A DNA stretch of 64,000 bases from contig CAJINV010000003.1 in assembly GCA_905178155.1 (NCBI GenBank), positions 2,127,065 to 2,191,064 of the forward strand, written 5' to 3'. The position numbers and the translations under genes are program-made. The notes beneath the pieces were generated by a model that did no database searches, was not told where the DNA came from, and worked only from the letters and a program-made list of their open reading frames with translations. The DNA comes from Amoebophrya sp. A120. Its lineage: Eukaryota; Protista; Dinoflagellata. Every line of letters starts with the position of its first letter. Position 1 is the stretch's first letter. Shown one piece after another: positions 59,160 to 64,000 of the stretch.

Positions 59160-61577
59160 CTAGTGACGATCGTGCCCGTTTAGGTGTGCTTTGGATCTTT
59201 GGAGTGGATCACAGTTCTTATCGTTGGTTAAGGATTTATGTGTCATAGAGCGACTGTACAGCTTCCACGTGAAGTACTGCTCACGGTCGATGAAGCCCAG
59301 CGGATGCATCTTGTCGTACATGGCCGCCGCTGGATCTTTCGTCAGCAGGGCGGAGATAGTACCCAAGCCTGCTTTTACGTTTCTGGCACCACACTGCTCT
59401 GCGTTCTTGTTCTCTGTCGTGATCGTGTTCGTGATCGTGATGTCGGATCTCGCATGAAGATTAGTACCTTCGTTATCGCTGTTTGTGAAAATGCTGACCC
59501 CTCCAACAGGATTGTCGTGGCTGTCTGCCGATTTTCGCGCAGAAGCTTGCTTGACCACTTTGCTGTACTTTTGCATCCATAAGTTCGTCGGAAACAAAAA
59601 CGGCTCACACTTCGCCATCGCCATCGCAGAACCACCAGGCCCGTAGGATTCTTCAATGGTGGCTTTCAGTTCGTGTTCCTCTTCCGCTGGCTCCACCCTT
59701 GTTCGATTTACATCGAACAAGAACTCGTGGCCGGTTGCGCTTCGTCCCCCGTAGTATGGCCGCCATTCTGCGCCGATCTTGTGCCTCAACGGGTGGAGAG
59801 AGTGGAGGATTTGGACCCTTGTGTTTGTGCTTCCAACAGGACTGGTCACGACAGCCTCCTGTGGTTGTGCGCCACCAGATACAACTTCACTGTCCTGCTC
59901 GTGGTTCGTTCTTACGAAGCTGCTGGGTCCCATCATACGTTGCCAGTACCGAAACGGCAGCTCTTTCTGGAATTCCGCGTCCATCTTATCAAACCACTGC
60001 TGTCTGTCGTTGAAACGAAGGTCCCTCCCCCGAAAAACACGTTGCCAGTTGCCATCGAGAAAGGTTGCGTCAGCCAAGTGGCTTGGGGCGATCCAAAACT
60101 GGTCATCGAACAGCGTGCACAGTGGCACCTTGTGTCTCAGCAGGTAATCACGGAAACCGTTCATGTGGCTCGAACGCGACTTCTGCCAGGTATCCATCTT
60201 TCGAATGTGCTCCAAAGGGGCCGCGACCTGCCCATCCGCGGTGACGTGGGTGTTGCCTTCCGTTGACGTCGCGAGACTACACTGACGTCGATTTTCGGTC
60301 TGCATCTTCGTATCAAACTCCTGCTCAAGTACGGCGTAGGTGTAGTTCAGTTGCTTTGGAATCATGCACTCGAATTCGGTCCCGAAAATCAGCGCTCTTT
60401 GCGCAGCGCACTGCTGGGTCATCCACATGGGCGTTGCATCTTCGAACAGCCCGGGTTCCGTTGAAACCACTCGCACCGCACGAATTGCAACTGCATTACC
60501 CGGCAGCGTATGCAGCGGTGGCACGTCGTCAAAAAACACCAGATCAGGTCGAGCACGAATGAAATGGGTAAAATACGTACTGTCGGCTCCGCGCGTGCTG
60601 GAAACTAAATGGGTCTCGAACTGCTTCACCGCGCGATAGCACCGATCCAGATGCTCGAACTGGCCGTCGAAATTGACGAGCTCCTGACTCCCATGGTCAT
60701 CGGGGTCCACCACATGCTCCGTACTGCGAGGTCCAGCACGACGGAAGCGATTCAATGCCTTGATTTCCACACTGTCCCGTAGCTCTTGTAGCAACGCTTC
60801 GCTGTCCTTATCAGCACTGGCGGTTGTGTTATGTCGCTTATCAAATCTGAAGTGCTCGTACCAATACTGCATTTCTTCGTCAGATGCAGAAAGACCTACT
60901 GACGCGTCAGACGCAGCAAGCTCCGGATGGCTACACAGAAACACATGTAAAGACGCTCTGTCACCCGTTCTCCGATTCGTAGCTCGAAGCGCTGGCAGAA
61001 GGAAGCGCAAATATCTTCCGCCAACAGACCATACCTCCTCGAAGTTAACGGGCCGATTTCCGCGAAGATCCATAAATCTTTTCTCCGGTGATCCACACAG
61101 GATGAGCGCGATCCGAGAAGTTGTACGCGTTTGCACTTTTCTGTCAGTTCCTAGCTGGCGAGAACTGCTCACTGTCGATACGTTGTCGACATCCGCTGCA
61201 GCCGCAACGGTTTCGCTGTGATTTCCAGCGACCTGCCGTCCAGATGGGCCCCAGAAACGCTTCCGGGCCATCAGCGAACGCCCGGTGCTCATCTGTGCAG
61301 TGACGCGGCTTCTGAATGGTGGGAGCTCCGACGCCTGGTTTTCCACTCCGAGACGCTCAACAACATCAGTACTTGGTTTCTGTGGTCGCACGCGATGTGC
61401 ATCAAAACTCCAAGTTAGTGTTGTTTCGAGTGTGGCATCGTATTCCAAATACAGCGGAAGACGCTCCGCCGGTAAAAGCGTTGACTTTATCGCACTTTCC
61501 GCGCGGCCCTCATATTCTTGTGAACGACCCATAACACAGCGGAGCAACACAGCAAAAACGCGCAGCATGCACCACAT
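59160..61577 (-). CDS. Secreted/type II membrane protein, putative glycosyltransferase-like
   Basis: 805-aa intronless ORF with a hydrophobic N-terminus and ordered motifs RIALILCG, VFLC, FTHFIRARPDLVF, FDDQFWIAP. Confidence 0.6.
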   Translation of the reverse strand: MWCMLRVFAVLLRCVMGRSQEYEGRAESAIKSTLLPAERLPLYLEYDATLETTLTWSFDAHRVRPQKPSTDVVERLGVENQASELPPFRSRVTAQMSTGRSLMARKRFWGPSGRQVAGNHSETVAAAADVDNVSTVSSSRQLGTDRKVQTRTTSRIALILCGSPEKRFMDLRGNRPVNFEEVWSVGGRYLRFLLPALRATNRRTGDRASLHVFLCSHPELAASDASVGLSASDEEMQYWYEHFRFDKRHNTTASADKDSEALLQELRDSVEIKALNRFRRAGPRSTEHVVDPDDHGSQELVNFDGQFEHLDRCYRAVKQFETHLVSSTRGADSTYFTHFIRARPDLVFFDDVPPLHTLPGNAVAIRAVRVVSTEPGLFEDATPMWMTQQCAAQRALIFGTEFECMIPKQLNYTYAVLEQEFDTKMQTENRRQCSLATSTEGNTHVTADGQVAAPLEHIRKMDTWQKSRSSHMNGFRDYLLRHKVPLCTLFDDQFWIAPSHLADATFLDGNWQRVFRGRDLRFNDRQQWFDKMDAEFQKELPFRYWQRMMGPSSFVRTNHEQDSEVVSGGAQPQEAVVTSPVGSTNTRVQILHSLHPLRHKIGAEWRPYYGGRSATGHEFLFDVNRTRVEPAEEEHELKATIEESYGPGGSAMAMAKCEPFLFPTNLWMQKYSKVVKQASARKSADSHDNPVGGVSIFTNSDNEGTNLHARSDITITNTITTENKNAEQCGARNVKAGLGTISALLTKDPAAAMYDKMHPLGFIDREQYFTWKLYSRSMTHKSLTNDKNCDPLQRSKAHLNGHDRH

Positions 61578-62801
61578 GATCGACGTATGCGCTTCTACGC
61601 GTCTGGTTTGTAAAAGCTACGCTACACGAGAAAACACATACATTTCCGGTTCGCAAAAGCGATCTTGCGAGCATACTTACGCTACGCTAATATGACCGCA
61701 CGCATAGAGTTACGAACAACACCACGACGGTGTAGTGACTGGGCTTATTCTCCACTGTGGAGAAATCGCTCTATCGTAAATTGTGGACTAGACCTCTAGA
61801 TATGCCTTCGCACCATACTCGCACATCAAGGGCGCGGAGCTGCAAGTTAGTATGTTTTTCGACGAGCTTGCACAGACCAGATTGCGACGTAAAGAGAAAA
61901 GTAGACTAGCGATGACCGCTACTAAAAGAGAAAGACTAGGCAACAGACATATCACTACTGTGGTGAAAAATGACTGAAACAGGAGCCAGCTTCGATTCGC
62001 TTGCCGTTGTAATTCAGGTTCTAGATCATGAGCAAAGGCCACTGCACACACACTAGCGCCCCGTGTCTGCGTTGTGCCGAAACGACGAGAAGATTTTCTC
62101 ACTACAATCGCAACTAATCACATAGACATAAAAGCAATGTTACTTTCGTGGAACGGGTGCGCCTGTTGGGCCTCACTTTTACATAGCCGATCTGCAAAAT
62201 CACATACGAACCGTGACTGCGTACCATATCGATTACATGTACAGCTTCACACCGCGGCGGTGCAGTGCCGGTGTAAGACGAAACACGTGTCAAAACCGAA
62301 TTTCTTTTTTCCTGCACAGAACGGAAAACACGCAAGCGAAGCACCTGGACCAGACTTGCGCAAAACCGAATTTACATCGCGACCACCTGACTGCACATGT
62401 ATTCACGTTTAGGACTCGAGAGGACATTGGTTTCTTCAGACCGATATCGGTGAGATCGGTCGCGACGTACCGGCAATTGACATCTCATCTGCTTGAACAC
62501 CAAAGCCACGACGCGCACCCGTGCACTAGCGGGCTCCTTCGAAGAAGCACAAAAGATTGTATTCTCGGCTATGGCGCGTCCACAGGAGAGTATCATCTAC
62601 ATGAGCCTCGCGAACTATGGAGAATCATCCACTTGTTCCAGCGAGTCCACACTTTGCTTTACGCAGGATAGCAGAGGAGTCATCGTGTGTGCTCAGCGTC
62701 ACAATCTTGACGACTCTCGACATATCAAGCTTGCAAGTGGCAAAATCTTATTCCCATTCTCAATTGGAAACTGTCGATACGATGATGCCGAAGTGGTCGA
62801 A

Positions 62802-63615
62802 TTAGGCCTTGTAGAAGGACTTGACCTTGTTGTACAGGGCCTGTTTTGTGAATTTTGATGACGTACTTTTTCGATTTGGTGAGCAGGAGCAAGAACGGCA
62901 AGACAAATCAGCACGACGTAAGTATACGTATAGCTTATGTCCATTTCGCGACAACGTCGCTCTCGCAGACTCACACCCGAAATCCATGCAAACGCATATT
63001 ATCATGAAGGCAAAGTAGAAGGCGCTAAGTACCTTTCCCTGGGCGGTCTTGCCACCGACCGGGCAGAATCCCTTGATGCCCAAAGCCTTGCGGGCCTTGG
63101 AGGTGGCGACGCCCCAGGCCGCGATCTTCTTGTAACCCTTCCTCTTCTTGGCGGCGGCGGAGGCCTTCGCGGAGACGACTTTTCCGGACTTGTTCTTCTT
63201 CAAGTCGCTCTTCTTGAGACCACCGGAAGTCTTGACCTTGGTTCCCTTGAACACGGAGGACTTGGCGCGCTTGCCCTTCGCGATGGTGGACTTCTTCATG
63301 GCCATCTTCTTCATGCCCATCTGTTTTAATTTTTTGCCTCATTTTATGGTTTGCTTCTGTGCCAAATTCCATTTGACTGTCCAGATGAGGAATCATCGCT
63401 TTCCTTCCAACAAACATTGTCATTCGCTTTTCTCCCAACAAACATTATCGCTTTCGCTTTTTATGCCCCACAGCAACACGAGAAAATGCACTACATACTA
63501 GCATTTGAAAAAAGTATGGAAACGTTATTTTCTGTACCTTCATTGACATCTTCATGGACATCATTTTCATCTTCATGGCCATTTTCATGGACATCATCTT
63601 CATCATCTTCGCCAT
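62802..63615 (-). CDS. DVNP: Dinoflagellate/viral nucleoprotein (DVNP), 134 aa, three exons
   Basis: Phase-0 GT-AG exons 63615-63538, 63320-63033, 62840-62802 give MAKMMKMMSMK…IAKGKRAKSSVFKGTKVKTSGGLKKSDLKKNKSGKVVS…ARKALGIKGFCPVGGKTAQGKALYNKVKSFYKA, the characteristic DVNP core. Confidence 0.95.
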
Positions 63616-64000
63616 TTTGGACGGAGTTTTTTTGTGTTCAGAAAACACAGATGCTGCTCGACGAATTTCCTACGGTTTTTTAAATTGGGAAAGGAATTAC
63701 AAACGCCAAACGCTAAATCGCAAACATTGAATCGGACCTCCACCGATGTCTTGGCAGCACAAAAACAACTTACTCAATGCTGTAAACGGAAACTAACCAA
63801 GCCTCGAAACAACGGTGTGCAGCGAAAAGTCGTGTGTTCAATCTTAATGCACGTTCTTCGTATTTCCACTTTATTGCACACTTCAACAACTCCAACGCGT
63901 GACGAAGGGGACTTCTGTTTATCAGTATGATCGTCACCCAAGCACAAATCAAAGCAAAGAACGTAAAATACCAAAACCGGTGGAAGACGATGAGAACACA

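Noticed and set aside
63611-63620. GCCATTTTGG matching part of the dinoflagellate spliced leader
   Set aside because: Only 10 nt, antisense to the gene, and simply the reverse complement of the DVNP start context CCAAAATGGC.

Overview
Eukaryotic, intron-containing, gene-dense genomic DNA. A spliced DVNP gene, a one-strand gene cluster and DR+IR introner-type introns point to a dinoflagellate-lineage genome, most plausibly a syndinian such as Amoebophrya (inference). All credible protein genes lie on the minus strand: two tandem paralogues, a multi-cNMP-binding-domain protein, a giant low-complexity/coiled-coil protein, a SQT1/AAMP-like WD40 protein, an ARGLU1-like protein, a P5 ATPase, a large PAN/apple-domain adhesin, a histone H4 variant with a ~230-aa N-terminal extension, a glycosyltransferase-like protein and DVNP. 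The most striking unexplained structure is a 3.2-kb insertion without a credible ORF (33048-36266). It is flanked by a 26-bp target duplication and sits at a target that appears to have been hit twice. It carries two diverged ~950-nt modules with helices conserved or covarying between copies, crossing (pseudoknot-type) pairings and plus-strand G-U pairs, so it is a candidate large structured RNA carried by a long-TSD, possibly site-specific mobile element. Also seen: a 2.4-kb insertion with a perfect 42-bp duplication of a splice acceptor, three ~2-kb GC-rich decayed islands, and two back-to-back introner-like introns. All alignments and pairings were done by eye; none were computed.
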